A DNA stretch of 20,000 nucleotides from Chiloscyllium plagiosum. Its lineage: Eukaryota. Both the position numbers and the translations under genes were made by a program. How positions within the stretch are numbered: the stretch's first letter is position 1; every line of letters begins with the position of its first letter. The stretch spans positions 13,885,759-13,905,758 of the forward strand of contig NC_057749.1 of NCBI RefSeq assembly GCF_004010195.1, read 5' to 3'. The notes under the pieces were generated by a model. The model searched no databases. It had not been told where the DNA came from and saw only the letters and a program-made list of their open reading frames with translations. Below, piece by piece: positions 19,112 to 20,000 of this stretch.

Positions 19112-20000
19112 CAGACAATTATGTAGAGACTAGAACGAACAGCCCTCCCCACAATCAACCCAAGCTTTGTGTCTGCTCTGTGGATGACAGCTTTGTCATC
19201 ATGAAACGTTTCAAATTAGAAGAAACCTACAATATCATTAACATCCTTACTGGCATAAATTTCACCAAAGAGGAACACAACAACTCCAGACTTCCCTTCC
19301 TAGATGCCACAGTGGAACAAACAGTCAACTGCAGACCAGCGTCGATAGAAAAGCAACACACACAGACCAGATACTCAACTACGGGAGCAATCGTCCCAAC
19401 AGCCACAAACAGAGCTGCATCAGGACATTATTTAAACGGGCCACAACACGCTGCAGCACCCAAGAGCTATGAGAAGAAAAGTACCGATACAACAACATTA
19501 TCAAGAACAACGGGTACCCAATAAGCACAGTCCATTGATTCTTAAACAACAAACCCAAACAAGAAGACACAACATGCCCACAGACTCTAGCCAAACTACC
19601 GTACATCAAAGACATCTCGGAGATAACAACCAACTACCCCGACCCCTTGGCATCATGGTAGCTCACAAACCTACCAACACACGGAAACAGCTACTAATGA
19701 GCTGAAAGGATCCTGTACCAACAGCCAGCAAAACAAATGTCATATACAAAACACCCTGCAAGGGCTGCAACAAACACTAGATCGGACAGAAAGGTAGGAA
19801 ACTAGCCACCAGGATACATGAGCACCAACTAGCTACCAAAAAACATGACCAACTATCACTAGCATCCTTACAGACAGACAAAGAAGGACACCACTTTGAC
19901 AGGGACAAAACATCCATCCTAGGACACACATGGGAATTCCTCGAGGCCAGGCATTCAAACCCGAACTCCATCAATAAATACATTGATTTGGACCCCATAT
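19112..20000 (+). mobile_element. Penelope-like element (Poseidon-like) RT C-terminus plus GIY-YIG endonuclease, decayed, running off the window
   Basis: VDDSFVI (YVDD motif decayed), INFTKEEHNNSRLPFLD, TSVDRKATHTDQILNY.SN.P.SHKQSCIRTLFKRA, LPYIKDISE and KTNVIYKTPCKGCNKH*IGQKGRKLATRIHEHQLATKKH. Confidence 0.92.

Overview
AT-rich, repeat-dense vertebrate genomic DNA, most likely intronic or intergenic DNA from a shark or ray (inferred from HE1/V-SINE, CR1 and DeuSINE content). I found no convincing host protein-coding exon. Every ORF I can interpret is a decayed retroelement piece: CR1 LINEs, a second CR1/L2-group LINE, an L2 remnant, a 5'-truncated Tx1 LINE with poly(A) and a candidate target-site duplication, two tRNA-derived HE1-like SINEs, DeuSINE remnants and about eight Penelope-like element (PLE) pieces. 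The main hidden signal is RNA structure. The PLE termini carry minimal type-I hammerhead ribozyme motifs (CTGANGA-stem II-GAAA-CGT[C/T]). Two have intact cores (2561-2594, 18987-19016) and several are decayed, and stem II differs in sequence between copies while keeping its pairing. One PLE (18066-19070) is an internally deleted mini-element that keeps the terminal repeats and a hammerhead, and several PLE 5' junctions sit beside short fold-back hairpins. There is a 341-N assembly gap at 13967-14307. Family names come from my recall of consensus motifs, not from database searches, and boundaries are approximate.
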